Shown here piece by piece: positions 10,629 to 22,300 of a stretch of 64,000 bases of DNA. Each line of letters begins with the position of its first letter. Position 1 is the first letter of the stretch. The stretch is from positions 288,001 through 352,000 of the forward strand of contig CAXXOU010000002.1 in NCBI GenBank assembly GCA_963677495.2. The letters run 5' to 3'. Made by a program: the position numbers and the translations under genes. This DNA is from Candidatus Cloacimonadales bacterium. Lineage in GTDB: Bacteria; Cloacimonadota; Cloacimonadia; Cloacimonadales; JAFGVF01. Under the pieces are notes generated by a model. The model searched no databases. It saw only the letters and a list, made by a program, of their open reading frames with translations, and had not been told where the DNA came from.

Positions 10629-11091
10629 TTTCAAGATCCCAAGACTTGAAAAAGAACTATATAAGCTGATAATAAATACTTTACGTTTCAAAGTAAGAGA
10701 TCCCATATTCTCCACTGTTCAGATTACAGAAGTGAAACTTACTCCGGATCTGAGATATTTGAGAGTGTATTATTACTTTGAGAATGGAAAGAAGATAAAG
10801 AAGATGGAAGAAAAGCTGAGAAAGGTTTCCGGCTTTATAAAAAAACAGATTGCAGGAGCAGGAATTATGAGAATAATACCGGACATACGCTACCATTATG
10901 ATGAAACAGAGGAGAAAGCAAACCGTATTAACAAGTTGCTTTCATCTGTTAGAGATGATAGTTATGATGACAGTTCCAGTAGCTTCAATATGGACGAGTT
11001 TCTTCTTGAAGATGAGTACGAACCAGAGTCTTTTGGTGAGTACGATAAAGATATCGAAGAACTCTTCGAAGATATTGATGAAAAGAAATAA
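10621..11091 (+). CDS. rbfA: Ribosome-binding factor A with acidic C-terminal tail
   Basis: VRDP...ITEVKLTPDL...IPDIRYHYD; follows infB. Confidence 0.92.
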   Translation: MSNFKIPRLEKELYKLIINTLRFKVRDPIFSTVQITEVKLTPDLRYLRVYYYFENGKKIKKMEEKLRKVSGFIKKQIAGAGIMRIIPDIRYHYDETEEKANRINKLLSSVRDDSYDDSSSSFNMDEFLLEDEYEPESFGEYDKDIEELFEDIDEKK

Positions 11092-11111
11092 TCTTAAATC
11101 AAAAGAGGGTC

Positions 11112-11139
11112 AGGGAGTATTTTAAATACTCCCTTTTTC
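11112..11139 (+). terminator. Intrinsic terminator or attenuator after rbfA
   Basis: AGGGAGTATT / AATACTCCCT followed by a T-tract. Confidence 0.7.
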
Positions 11140-11144
11140 TAAAT

Positions 11145-12140
11145 ATGAATGAGTTTAAAAAGAATTTACTTAACGCAATAGAGCGTCACGAAAATATATG
11201 CCTGTTAACGCATCATGAACCTGATGGTGATGGGCTTCCGGCTACACTTGCACTTAGAAGAATCTTTTCTACTATGGGAAAAGATGTAAAACTTATACTT
11301 GAAGAACAAGCTCCTGACCAGTTTGACTATCTTAATGCAAAAGAGCACTCATTAGTTGTTGATGAATCTATGCATTTTGACTTGGTAATCGTTGTTGATT
11401 GTCATGAGCAGAAAAGATTAGGAACCACAGGTTTTATCGCACAAAACGCTAACGAATGCTTCGTTATCGATCATCATGTTGTTAAAGACGGTGTGATCGA
11501 TGGAGCAGAAGCTTTTGTTGATACAGAGATTGCCTGTGTTGGAATCATCATTTTCCACATGTTTATGGACGAAATGAGAGTATTATCAAAAACTGATGCT
11601 CTTTATTGTGCTGAGTGTTTTTATACAACTATCCTAAATGATACAAACAGCTTCATGAATGCTAATACAGATGCTTTTACACTTCGCTCAGCTGCTGAAC
11701 TTGAAGATTTTGGAGTTACATACTTTGATATCACTGAGAAGTTCTTCTATAACGACCCCTGGAGAAAGCTTAAATTAGTTGGTAACACTATGTCCACTCT
11801 TGAACCTCATTTCCACGAGAATGTTCTGTTTTTACACACAGAAGAACAGATGGTTCTTGATTGTGAGATTGGTTATGAGTACCTAACTAAAGTGATTTCA
11901 TGGGTTCGGAGTGCTAAGGATATTCTCATGATTGTATACTTTAAAGAAACAGCGAGAACGGATATCAAGCTTAGCTTCAGATCAAAAACAATCAATGTTG
12001 CTAAGATTGCTGCCGATTTCGATGGCGGGGGGCATGTTCAAGCTGCCGGAGGTGTGATTCATGACACACTTGATAATGCAAAACAATTGGTGATTAATCG
12101 TTTAAAGGAATGTGATGAACTTCGGGATCTTGCTGATTGA
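11145..12140 (+). CDS. nrnA: DHH/DHHA1 phosphoesterase (NrnA-like)
   Basis: PDGDG, VVD, IDHH and GGGHVQAAG motifs. Confidence 0.88.
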   Translation: MNEFKKNLLNAIERHENICLLTHHEPDGDGLPATLALRRIFSTMGKDVKLILEEQAPDQFDYLNAKEHSLVVDESMHFDLVIVVDCHEQKRLGTTGFIAQNANECFVIDHHVVKDGVIDGAEAFVDTEIACVGIIIFHMFMDEMRVLSKTDALYCAECFYTTILNDTNSFMNANTDAFTLRSAAELEDFGVTYFDITEKFFYNDPWRKLKLVGNTMSTLEPHFHENVLFLHTEEQMVLDCEIGYEYLTKVISWVRSAKDILMIVYFKETARTDIKLSFRSKTINVAKIAADFDGGGHVQAAGGVIHDTLDNAKQLVINRLKECDELRDLAD

Positions 12141-13011
12141 TAAACCTAAAGATAGGACATCCTTCTCTGTAGTTGCTCAGATTAGAAGAATTACCGGAAT
12201 CAAGAAAGTAGGTCATACCGGTACTTTAGATCCATTTGCTACAGGTTTGCTTCCTATCTGTATCGGAAAAGCTACCAAACTTGTAGATAAACTTCTTCTG
12301 GACTCGAAGACATATAAAGTCAAAATGAGGTTTGGTGAGCAGACAGATACAGGAGATAATACTGGTGAAGTTAAAGTTATCGGTGATATTCCAAAATCAA
12401 TAGATGCGGAAGAACTAAGAAAATTTGTTTTGAGCATTGTTTCTCAAATCCCACCGAAGTATTCAGCTCTAAAAGTTAATGGAAGACGAGCATATAAACT
12501 TGCTAGAGAGAATCAAGATTTTGAGCTAAAACCACGCAAAATATCAATTGAATCTTGCGATATTGTTGAGTATGTAGCTCCCTATCTAACATATAGAGTA
12601 AGAGTCAGCAAAGGTACATATATTCGTGTCCTTTCAGAATCTATTGCAAACTATCTTAACACGGTAGGTGTGACTGAAGAACTTTGTCGGGAAGAGATTA
12701 GTGATTTTCATCTATCATCTGCGATTGAACTTGAATCTCTTACAGCAGAAAACTGGCATGAGCATGTTTTACCTGTTACCACCCTCTTTCCTGATAAGAG
12801 TATAATTCAGCTGAATGATAATGAAGTACTTGACTATGTTAATGGTCGTCGTTTCTCTATTGAAAGAGAAAATGGTGAAGAGGAACTGGTTTTTGATACT
12901 AATGGTAAGTTTCTTGGATTTTGCAATGTTGTAGAGAAAATGCTTCATCCTAAAATGGTGTTTGCAGATCAGACAGAATACATTACTATGGATAAAGAAT
13001 GCAAAGAATAA
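12115..13011 (+). CDS. truB: tRNA pseudouridine(55) synthase
   Basis: KVGHTGTLDPFATGLL, PPKYSALK, SKGTYIR. Confidence 0.96.
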   Translation: MNFGILLIDKPKDRTSFSVVAQIRRITGIKKVGHTGTLDPFATGLLPICIGKATKLVDKLLLDSKTYKVKMRFGEQTDTGDNTGEVKVIGDIPKSIDAEELRKFVLSIVSQIPPKYSALKVNGRRAYKLARENQDFELKPRKISIESCDIVEYVAPYLTYRVRVSKGTYIRVLSESIANYLNTVGVTEELCREEISDFHLSSAIELESLTAENWHEHVLPVTTLFPDKSIIQLNDNEVLDYVNGRRFSIERENGEEELVFDTNGKFLGFCNVVEKMLHPKMVFADQTEYITMDKECKE

Positions 13012-13949
13012 ATGAAATTGAAAAGAATAAAACAGTTATAACTATTGGCAACTTTGATGGTGTCCATAGAGGGCACTTAAGGTTAGTAGATAAAGTTGTA
13101 GAAAGAGCATCTATACTCAATGCCATGAGTGTTGTTCTAACCTTCGATATGCATCCGTATCATCTGCTCTATCCGGAGATGAAGCCCTATCTTCTAACTT
13201 CTAATGAAAAGAGAGAAGAGTTAGTTAAACTACATGGTATAGATTATGTTTGTGCAATGGAGTTTAGTGAAGATCTAGCCCAAATGTCTGCTGAGGAATT
13301 TCTTATAAATATACTTCTCAAAAAACTCAATGCCGTTGAGGTAGTGATAGGTTATGATGCTAGATTCGGACATAATAGAGAGGGTGACTATCAATTCCTT
13401 AAGAATAGGGAAGAGCAATATGGGTATAAAACTATCTATGTAGATTCACTTAAACTTGGTGATGAAGTTGTCAGTAGTACTACAATTCGGGATTCAATTC
13501 GGATCGGTAATCTGGAGAAAGCTACAGACCTTTTAGGATATTTCTATCATTACAAAGGTGTTGTGGTCCATGGTAAGAAGATTGGGCATAAGATAAGTTT
13601 CCCAACCTTGAATATTGAACCTCTCACTTTACATCAACTCATCCCCGCAACAGGTATTTATTTAACTGGTTGTGTCATTGATGGTGAGCATTTTTGGGGT
13701 GTTACTAATGTTGGATATAGTCCTACTATTAAGACAGAACAGATGCTTGAAGTTGAGATGTTTGTTTTTGATTTTGACAAAAATGTGTACGATAAGACAC
13801 TTGAAATTGAGTTCTATTCACGAATAAGAGAGGAAGAAAAATTTGCTTCTATTGATGATCTTGTGAAGCAGATAGGACTTGATGTGGAGAAGGCTAAATC
13901 TATGATTCCTCTCTATGAGAACCATATATATAGGAGACAAAATGGATAA
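12999..13949 (+). CDS. ribF: Bifunctional riboflavin kinase/FAD synthetase
   Basis: GNFDGVHRGH, VSSTTIR, FPTLN, NVGYSPT. Confidence 0.96.
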   Translation: MQRINEIEKNKTVITIGNFDGVHRGHLRLVDKVVERASILNAMSVVLTFDMHPYHLLYPEMKPYLLTSNEKREELVKLHGIDYVCAMEFSEDLAQMSAEEFLINILLKKLNAVEVVIGYDARFGHNREGDYQFLKNREEQYGYKTIYVDSLKLGDEVVSSTTIRDSIRIGNLEKATDLLGYFYHYKGVVVHGKKIGHKISFPTLNIEPLTLHQLIPATGIYLTGCVIDGEHFWGVTNVGYSPTIKTEQMLEVEMFVFDFDKNVYDKTLEIEFYSRIREEEKFASIDDLVKQIGLDVEKAKSMIPLYENHIYRRQNG

Positions 13950-14883
13950 GTTATTTATAGAAGAATTAAAGTATCATGAAGGTGAAGAGATAATCAGCTA
14001 CTTCCTTTGCACAGAGAAAGAACTAAGAGATGGACAATCAAGCCAATTTTTAAGACTGTCACTAGCAGATAAGTCAGGCAAAATAGTTGCTTATGTTTGG
14101 GGTAATGCAAAGACCGTTTCTCAGGAGTTCGCGGAAGGTGATATTATTAAAGTGCAAGGTAAAGTGCATAGATATAAAAATCAGCTTCAAATTAAAGTTG
14201 ATAAACTCAGACTTGCTGATGAGACAGAAGTCAATTTAGCTGATATGCTTCCTACAACAAAGAAAGACCTTCGTTTACTTGCAGAGAAGTTCTTCCGTTT
14301 TGTTGATTCTATCGAGAATGAGTATCTATCTAAAATGCTTCAGATTATCTTTGACGATAAGGAGATATTTACCAAGTTCTCTCGTTGTCCTGCAGCTAAA
14401 TCATGGCATCATAACTATATAGGTGGTCTTTTAGAGCATACAGTTTCTGTAGCTGACCTTTGTGATCATGCATCAGAGATGTATCCAGTTGACCGAGACC
14501 TACTTCTCACAGGTGCTATGCTTCATGATCTTGGAAAGATATATGAATATGAACAACTTCCAAAAGTTGAGTTTACTGATATTGGAAGACTTATCGGGCA
14601 TTTAGCACTTGGTGATGAAATCGTTTACAAGACTGCTGCAAAGATAAATAACTTCCCGGATAACCTTCTGATGAAGCTACGTCACCTCATTCTTGCTCAC
14701 CATGGCTTGTATGAGAATGCTTCTGTGCGTTTACCGCAAACCCTTGAAGCTGTGTTATTGCACCAATGCGATAATCTTGATGCCCAAACTGTGGGAGTCA
14801 AACAGACTATCGAAGCTTCCGCTGAAGATGCTGAATGGTCTGAGTTCGATAGACTTAATTCCAGATATTATTACAAAGGTTAG
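13942..14883 (+). CDS. yhaM: YhaM-like 3'-5' exoribonuclease (OB-fold + HD)
   Basis: N-terminal OB fold, HHNYIGGLLEH, LHDLGK, HLILAHHG; start after AGGAG. Confidence 0.88.
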   Translation: MDKLFIEELKYHEGEEIISYFLCTEKELRDGQSSQFLRLSLADKSGKIVAYVWGNAKTVSQEFAEGDIIKVQGKVHRYKNQLQIKVDKLRLADETEVNLADMLPTTKKDLRLLAEKFFRFVDSIENEYLSKMLQIIFDDKEIFTKFSRCPAAKSWHHNYIGGLLEHTVSVADLCDHASEMYPVDRDLLLTGAMLHDLGKIYEYEQLPKVEFTDIGRLIGHLALGDEIVYKTAAKINNFPDNLLMKLRHLILAHHGLYENASVRLPQTLEAVLLHQCDNLDAQTVGVKQTIEASAEDAEWSEFDRLNSRYYYKG

Positions 14884-14884
14884 A

Positions 14885-15670
14885 ATGTTTCAAACCTCTG
14901 TTCTTGCCAGCGGTTCCAAGGGGAACTGCGTTGTTGTGCGTAGTGAGAAAGCCAAAATCCTTATTGATGCCGGGTTGAGTGGTATAAAAATCTGGACTGC
15001 GATGGATGAGATTGGTCTCACTAAAGATAAAATCAAAGCACTCTTTATAACTCATGACCATTCTGACCATATCAAAGGTGCTGGTATCGTTGCCAGAAAA
15101 CTCAACATCCCTCTTTATATGACTGAAGAGACTTTTGCCAGAGCGAAGAAGAAACTTGGTAAGATTGATAACCATATCCATCACTTCGAAGTAGGGGAGA
15201 GCATCCATATTGATGACCTTATCATTGAGTCATTCCCATCTTCTCATGATGCTGTAGATAGCTGTAACTTCGTTGTGAGACAAAATGCTAATGACTTAGC
15301 AAAGCTGGCAGTTTGTACTGATTTAGGTTATTCCACACGTGTGACTCTGAACAGAATTGCCGGAGCTACGACTCTTATCCTTGAATCTAATCATGATGAA
15401 ATTATGCTCCTCAATGGTCCCTATCCCTGGGAACTGAAACAGAGAGTTCGAAGCAACAAAGGTCATCTTTCCAATAAGCAGGCTGTTGGTGTGATTAACA
15501 GCATTTTGCATAAAGACCTAAAGAACATTATCCTTGCTCATCTCTCTGAAGAGAACAACACCCCTATACTTGCAGAGAAAACCTCACGTGACTATCTGGA
15601 TTCAGTCAGATACGAAGGTAACCTTTTCGTAGCCGGACAATACAACCCCCTTCCACTTATAGATATTTAG
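14885..15670 (+). CDS. MBL-fold metallo-hydrolase (YycJ/WalJ-like)
   Basis: LASGSKGN, THDHSDH, ESNHD, GHLSN, HLSEEN; true start ATG 14885. Confidence 0.9.
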   Translation: MFQTSVLASGSKGNCVVVRSEKAKILIDAGLSGIKIWTAMDEIGLTKDKIKALFITHDHSDHIKGAGIVARKLNIPLYMTEETFARAKKKLGKIDNHIHHFEVGESIHIDDLIIESFPSSHDAVDSCNFVVRQNANDLAKLAVCTDLGYSTRVTLNRIAGATTLILESNHDEIMLLNGPYPWELKQRVRSNKGHLSNKQAVGVINSILHKDLKNIILAHLSEENNTPILAEKTSRDYLDSVRYEGNLFVAGQYNPLPLIDI

Positions 15671-15680
15671 AGTTATATAC

Positions 15681-15860
15681 CGGGAACGCGGACATCCTGT
15701 CTGCTGTAAAACGACTCTCCGGGTCGTTTATTCCCCTCTCACAGAGGGGTGGCGTGAAACGACGGGGTGTTGAAACTTCGGTCGAGACAACTAATCTACT
15801 ACGACCGTATTTTCTTTTGTACTGCAACTCCCCTGAGTTGCTGTGACGACGAAGTCGGCA
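15681..15860. repeat. Cluster of REP-like palindromes left of the RM island
   Basis: GCGGACATCCTGTCTGC hairpin; 15730-15771 is an inverted relative of 32821-32863; 15817-15860 is an inverted relative of the 56-bp repeat at 32103/32294. Confidence 0.65.
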
Positions 15861-16350
15861 ATATTTTATGGCAATCCAGTTAATTTTAGTTTCACTCCTC
15901 TGTAACACTACCAAACCCTTTCCCCATCTAACCCTATCACTTTCGAGTCCAAGTCCTATTATCTGATAACAACATTTGAATAGGGTTTCAATAGGTGTCT
16001 CTCACCTGAGTATTAACAATTGCAGCAGAGCAATCAATGCAGTATGAACCTGCTAACACATCCAATCCTATGCAGTCTCTATGCCCTATCATAATAAGAG
16101 ATAAAAAACTATCAGTTTCTGCCCCAAAACATGTCACTCTCTTGTCAATTTCCCCCGGAGTTGCCCAAGAGACTCCCAAAAACCGATGTCCTGAGTCTAA
16201 GTAATTATGATAGAGCAATGAATGGGGAAAAGTATTGTTTAAACTCATTATTGAATGCTACACGAAAACATCTCGAAATAGAAATGATTGATTGACATGG
16301 AAAGGAAAGATTGTAGGAATGGTAAAATACGATTCCATAAAGGGGTATAA

Positions 16351-18147
16351 ATGACTGAATTACATAAACAGACATCGATAAATATACAAGAAAAAGCGAA
16401 TATGATTTGGAATATCGCTGATATTATCCAGGGAACTTTCAAACCACATCAATATGGATTAGTGATACTTCCCTTCACAGTTATAAAGAGATTAAATGAC
16501 ACACTTGCAACAACCAAAGAGAAGGTTTTAGAGACTTATGAAAAGGTGAAGCATTTAGAAGTTAGAGATGGATTTTTGGAGAAAGCTTCCGGGTACTCTT
16601 TCTATAACACGAGTAAGTTCACCTTTGAGAATCTGGTAAATGATTCTGAGAACATTGAAGATAACTTCAAAGCTTTTCTGGGTGGCTTCTCTGAGAATGT
16701 GCAGGATATAATTAAGAACTTCGATTTCATTGGAACACTTAAGAAGTTAGTGGGTTCTACTAAGCATGAGGACAAACTGTTCTATGTGATTCAGGAGTTT
16801 AATAAGCCCCAATCATATCTTGGGATTGATAAGATAACTACTGTGGATATGGGTTATGTGTTTGAGGAGCTTGTGCGTAAGTTCTCAGAGAGCTATGATG
16901 AAGATGCTGGGCAACACTTTACGAGTAGAGATATTATCTACACAATGACTGATCTACTCACAGCAGAGGAGGAAAACACTCTTATTGAAGAGGGTGTTGT
17001 TAAAACGGTTTATGATATGGCTATGGGAACGAGTCAGATGCTTACATGTATGGAGGAAAGGCTCACGCAACTGGATTCAGATGCAGAAGTTACATCTTTC
17101 GGACAGGAGATAAACCATGAGACCTATTCTATTGCTAAATCAGATGCGATAATCAAAGGGAGTTCGGCTCAGAATATGCGTCTGGGTGATACACTTGCCA
17201 ATGACCGGTTTGAAGGCTTTGAGTTTGATTACATTATCTCTAATCCACCCTTTGGAAGAGATTGGAAGTCAGCTAAGAAGTTGGTAGAAGCTGAACATAA
17301 GAAGGGCGAAGATGGCAGGTTTGCTCCCGGCTTACCAAAGATATCTGACGGACAGATGCTTTTCACAATGAATGGAATTAAGAAGCTGAAAGATACCGGA
17401 AAGATGGCAATTATCCATAATGGGTCTCCCCTCTTTACAGGAGATGCAGGCTCAGGACCTTCTGAGATTAGAAGGTATATAATTGAAAATGACTGGTTAG
17501 AAGCGATTGTGCAGTTACCCAATGATGTGTTCTACAATACCGGGATTAGTACCTATATCTGGATTATCTCTAAAGAGAAACCGACTCACAGAGTTGGGAA
17601 GATACAACTTATTGATGCTTCCAAGATGTTTGAGAAACGCAGGAAGTCGATTGGGAATAAAAGAGTTGATATTACAGTTGATTGCAGAGGTGCTATTGTT
17701 AAGGCTTTCGGTGACTTCATGGATAAGCTCTATGAATATGAGAACGGTAAACAAGTTGAGTCCCGTATCTTTGAGAATGAGGAGTTTGGCTATTACAAGA
17801 TTACAGTTGAGTCTCCCGAACTTGATGAGCAGGGCAATAAGGTCTTAAAGAAGGGAAAACCTGTTCCTGATAAGAAGAAGAAAGACACTGAGAATGTGCC
17901 GATGCAGAAAGATCGAGATGAGAGAACAGTTATTGATGAGTATTTCCAAAAAGAGGTTATCCCCTATAATCCTGATGCCTGGGTTGATTACAAGAAAACC
18001 AAGGTTGGCTATGAAATCCCCTTTACGCGTCACTTCTATAAGTATGTTGCTCCTGAACCTTCCGAGAAGATAGCTGAACGCATAAACGCTTTAGAGTCTG
18101 AACTTATGACATCCCTTAAATCTCTCTTCTCCGATGAGGAGGAATAA
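16351..18147 (+). CDS. hsdM: Type I restriction-modification methyltransferase subunit
   Basis: IWNIAD, GQHFTSRD, variant motif I DMAMGT, NPPF, FYNTGI. Confidence 0.95.
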   Translation: MTELHKQTSINIQEKANMIWNIADIIQGTFKPHQYGLVILPFTVIKRLNDTLATTKEKVLETYEKVKHLEVRDGFLEKASGYSFYNTSKFTFENLVNDSENIEDNFKAFLGGFSENVQDIIKNFDFIGTLKKLVGSTKHEDKLFYVIQEFNKPQSYLGIDKITTVDMGYVFEELVRKFSESYDEDAGQHFTSRDIIYTMTDLLTAEEENTLIEEGVVKTVYDMAMGTSQMLTCMEERLTQLDSDAEVTSFGQEINHETYSIAKSDAIIKGSSAQNMRLGDTLANDRFEGFEFDYIISNPPFGRDWKSAKKLVEAEHKKGEDGRFAPGLPKISDGQMLFTMNGIKKLKDTGKMAIIHNGSPLFTGDAGSGPSEIRRYIIENDWLEAIVQLPNDVFYNTGISTYIWIISKEKPTHRVGKIQLIDASKMFEKRRKSIGNKRVDITVDCRGAIVKAFGDFMDKLYEYENGKQVESRIFENEEFGYYKITVESPELDEQGNKVLKKGKPVPDKKKKDTENVPMQKDRDERTVIDEYFQKEVIPYNPDAWVDYKKTKVGYEIPFTRHFYKYVAPEPSEKIAERINALESELMTSLKSLFSDEEE

Positions 18148-19391
18148 TGCCTCGTAAGATGAAAGATAGTGGGATTGAATGGATTGGAGAGATTCCGGAA
18201 GATTGGCGGTTAGTAAAATTTAAGAGGTTTGCTAAAAGTGGCATGGGGGCAACAATATTAAAAGAAAACCTACTACCAGATGATTCATCAGATGATAGAA
18301 TCCCAATTTACAGTGCAACCAATACTGATAAAGTATTTGGTTATATCTCAGATTCTGTAGTAAAACTAAAGAAGAATGACTTTGTTATTCCAGCAAGAGG
18401 AAACTCAATTGGATATATAACCTTAGTAAGGGATCAAATAGCTACATGTACACAAACAACAATATACAGTAAAATTAGTAATATTAACCATAAGTTTTTA
18501 TTCTACTGTGGGTATGGTCTTAAAGATTATTGGTTTGAGTTTGACCAAACAGCTATACCACAAATTACTGTGAAGCAGGTGGATAATAATTTTGTTCCTG
18601 TACCAGATAAAATTGAGCAAACCCGAATAGCCAACTACTTAGACCGAAAGGTGGCATTGATAGATTCGATAATTGAGAAGACAAAGCAGACAATTGAGGA
18701 GTATAAGGCATATAAACAGTCACTGATAACTGAGGTTGTTACCAAAGGACTCAATAAAGATGCCAAGATGAAGGACTCCGGAATTGAATGGATTGGGGAG
18801 ATTCCGGAGGATTGGGAAGTTGTTAACCCCAGAAGATTTTTTACTGTTAGAAGAGATAGAGCTAGTATAAATGATCAACAACTTACATCATCTCAGAAAT
18901 ATGGAATTGTTACTCAAAAAGAATTTATGGAAATTGAATCAAAAAGAGTTGTTGTTGTTCAAAAGAATTATGCAATACTTAAAAAAGTATTAAGAAATGA
19001 CTTTATAATAAGTATGAGAAGCTTTCAAGGGGGTCTTGAACTAAGTGGTAAAGAAGGTTCTATAAGTTCAGCCTATGTCGTAATAACTCCTAATGAAAAA
19101 ATCTTTAGTAAGTTTTATAAGTGGTTTTTCAAATCAGTCAAGTACATTGATGCATTACAAAGCACATCCAATCTTGTTAGAGATGGTCAAGCAATGCGAT
19201 TTTCTAACTTTACTCAGATACCAATTGTTTTGTTACCATTAGCTGTTCAAGCTTTCTTAAGTGAATACTTAGAAAATATAACATATAGAATAAATATAAT
19301 AATTCTAAAAAAACAACAACTAATCACAGAATTGGAAAACTACAAGAAGTCATTAATCTATGAAGTGGTAACTGGTAAGAAAGAGGTGTAG
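18147..19391 (+). CDS. hsdS: Type I restriction-modification specificity subunit
   Basis: Two MKDSGIEWIGEIPEDW conserved repeats flanking two TRDs; KSLIYEVVTGK C-terminus. Confidence 0.95.
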   Translation: MPRKMKDSGIEWIGEIPEDWRLVKFKRFAKSGMGATILKENLLPDDSSDDRIPIYSATNTDKVFGYISDSVVKLKKNDFVIPARGNSIGYITLVRDQIATCTQTTIYSKISNINHKFLFYCGYGLKDYWFEFDQTAIPQITVKQVDNNFVPVPDKIEQTRIANYLDRKVALIDSIIEKTKQTIEEYKAYKQSLITEVVTKGLNKDAKMKDSGIEWIGEIPEDWEVVNPRRFFTVRRDRASINDQQLTSSQKYGIVTQKEFMEIESKRVVVVQKNYAILKKVLRNDFIISMRSFQGGLELSGKEGSISSAYVVITPNEKIFSKFYKWFFKSVKYIDALQSTSNLVRDGQAMRFSNFTQIPIVLLPLAVQAFLSEYLENITYRINIIILKKQQLITELENYKKSLIYEVVTGKKEV

Positions 19392-19394
19392 GAT

Positions 19395-22300
19395 ATGAGT
19401 ATTGAGCGGACTGAAAAGCGGTTTGAAGCGGATATAGAGGATTATCTATTAAATGAGGGCGGTTATAGAACAGCCAACAAAGATAATTATGATGCCGGAA
19501 AAGCAATTAATCTGACTGAGTTGATTGGCTTTATTAAAGATACCCAGCCGAAAATGTGGGAACGCTATGAGAAAACCTATGGTGATGAGGTTGAGAAGAA
19601 ACTCTTCAAACGCTTTAACGAAGAGGTAAATCATCATGGTCTCTTGCATGTTCTTAGAAACGGGATAAATGACAGAGGAGTTAAGTTCAAGCTTGCTTAC
19701 TTTAAACCGGAATCAGGTCTTAACCATAAGCTCATAGATAGATATAACCTAAACAGATTAAGCTTAACCAGACAGTTCTACTATTCAACCGAGAATAGGA
19801 ACAGCATTGATATGGTGCTCTCCCTAAACGGGATTCCTATTGTTGCTCTGGAACTAAAGAACCAGTTAACCGGGCAATCGGTAGAGAATGGTAAATCGCA
19901 ATACTGCTACGATAGAAACCCACGTGAGTTTTGTTTTAACTTCAATAAACGTATTCTTGTCTATTTTGCTGTTGACCTTTACAATGTAGAGATGACTACC
20001 CGATTACAGGGTAAAGATACCTATTCCCTCCCTTTCAATCAAGGCTCAAACGGTGCCGGGAATGTGGGTGGAGTCGGTAATCCCGAGAACCCAAACGGAT
20101 ATGCAACCTCCTATCTCTGGGAAAAGGTTCTGCATAAAGATGCCTTGATGAATATACTCCATAGGTTTATCCATCTCAGTAAAGAGAAGAAATCTACAAA
20201 ACTAATCTTCCCCCGCTATCACCAGCTTGATGTTGTTACAAAGCTTATTGCAGATGTAAAAGAAAACGGCTCAGGGCACAACTACCTTGTCCAACATAGT
20301 GCGGGGTCGGGTAAATCCAACTCCATTGCCTGGACTTGCTATAGACTCGCAAGCTTGCATGATGAGCATGACAATAATATCTTCACATCTGTTATTGTTG
20401 TAACTGATAGACGGGTATTGGATAGTCAGTTGCAGGAGACAATCTCAGCGTTTGACCATAAGTTTGGGCTTGTAGAAACGATTGGCGAGGGTAAAAGCTC
20501 CAAAGATCTGAGGGATGCCATAAACTCGGGGAAGAAGATAATTGTTACAACCCTACAGAAGTTCCCTGTAATCTATAAAGAGGTTGATGACAATACCGGC
20601 AAACGCTTTGCTATTATTGTTGATGAAGCTCATAGCTCTCAGACAGGTTCATCTGCCCAGAAACTAAAGACTGCTCTTGCTGATACTGAGGATGCTAGAA
20701 ATGAGTATGCCGAATTAATAGATGAAGATGAGATAGAAGATTTTGAAGATAAGATTGTGAAAGAGATGCTGAGTCATGGCAAACATAAGAACCTCTCCTT
20801 CTTTGCTTTTACGGCGACACCTAAACAGAAGACGCTGGAGATGTTTGGTGAGAAGATGAAAGACGGAACTTTCAGACCTTTCCATGTATATTCGATGAGG
20901 CAGGCGATAGAAGAGGGCTTTATCCTTGATGTACTGAAGAACTATATGACTTATGAGACTTGCTATAAAATAGCAAAGAACTCACCCGATAACCCTGAAC
21001 TGGAAGAGTCGCAAACCAGAAGAGCTATAAGAAGATTTGAATCCTTGCATGATTATAACCTGCAACAAAAGACTATGGTGATGGTTGAAAGCTTTAGAGA
21101 GAATACTGCGAACAAGATTATGGGTAAAGCGAAAGCAATGGTTGTTACTCCTTCACGCATGCACGCTGTTAGATACTATCAGCAGTTTGTGAACTATATT
21201 AAGCTCAAAGGCTATGAAATTGGAGTGCTTGTTGCATTTTCCGGTACAGTTGATGATAAAGGTGAAGAATATACGGAAGTTGGGCTTAATACAAAGGCAA
21301 ATGGTGAAAGGATTAGTGAGAAACAACTCCCCAATGCCTTTCATAGTGATAAATACCAAATATTGATTGTAGCGGATAAATATCAGACCGGTTTCGATGA
21401 ACCCCTGTTGCATACTATGTTTGTTGATAAACCTTTAAAAGGTGTGAAAGCAGTCCAAACGCTGTCTCGCTTGAATAGGATAGCTAAAGGTAAGAATGAT
21501 ACCTTTATTATGGACTTTGCAAACGAAGCTGAGGATATTAAGGCTTCCTTCCAACCCTACTTTGAAGAAACACTGCTTGATGAAGAGATTAATGTGAACC
21601 TTATCTATGATACCCGTACTAATCTGCATGCTATGATGCTGTATAACGAATCTGATATTGAAACATTTAACAAGATATATTATAAATCAGGGAAACAATC
21701 ACCAACTGATTTGGGAAAGATAACAAGTAGGTTTAAACCAATTATTGAATCCTACAACAGATTAGACGATGATAATAGGTTCAAGTTCAAGAAAGGTGTG
21801 CGAAACTTTGTTAAATGGTATGCCTATATCATCCAAATCGTGCGGATGTTTGATAAAGAACTGCATAGAGAGTATAACTTCCTTACTTATTTGAATAAGC
21901 TTTTGCCGAATGATGTGCGTGAAGGTGTGCATATAGATGATAAGATTAAGTTGGAATACTATAAACTTGATAAGACCTACGAGGGTGATATTGTGCTTGA
22001 GCAAGCATCGTACGACAAGACATTGGTGAATCCGAAGACAGTTGATGCCGGTCAGAAACAAGACCCTAAAAGTGAGTTGTTAGATGTAATAATTGATCAG
22101 GTTAATCAACGCTTTAGTGGAAAGTTTAGTGAAGCTGACAGAGTGATAGTTGAGACATTATTGGGTAAAGTTGTGTTTGGCAATGAGAAGCTGAGAAAGA
22201 AATGGAAGAAACAAGCTAAAAACAATAACGCTGAGATCTTCCAGGATAGTATCTTTCCCAAGATATTCAAAGATATTGCAAATGATTGCTATGTTGAACA

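Noticed and set aside
14693..14884. Extended N-terminus of the MBL hydrolase (likewise the extensions of rpsA, rpmE, panD and yhaM in the ORF track)
   Set aside because: They overlap upstream genes or UTRs; family-typical N-termini and RBS positions indicate the later starts.
15988..16248. 86-aa minus-strand ORF upstream of hsdM as a regulator or pseudogene
   Set aside because: No recognisable motif (no HTH) and no convincing RBS; cannot be supported.
18159..18816. Repeated MKDSGIEWIGEIPEDW coding sequence in hsdS as a phase-variation shufflon
   Set aside because: These are the normal conserved regions of HsdS; no extra TRD cassettes or recombinase are present in the window.
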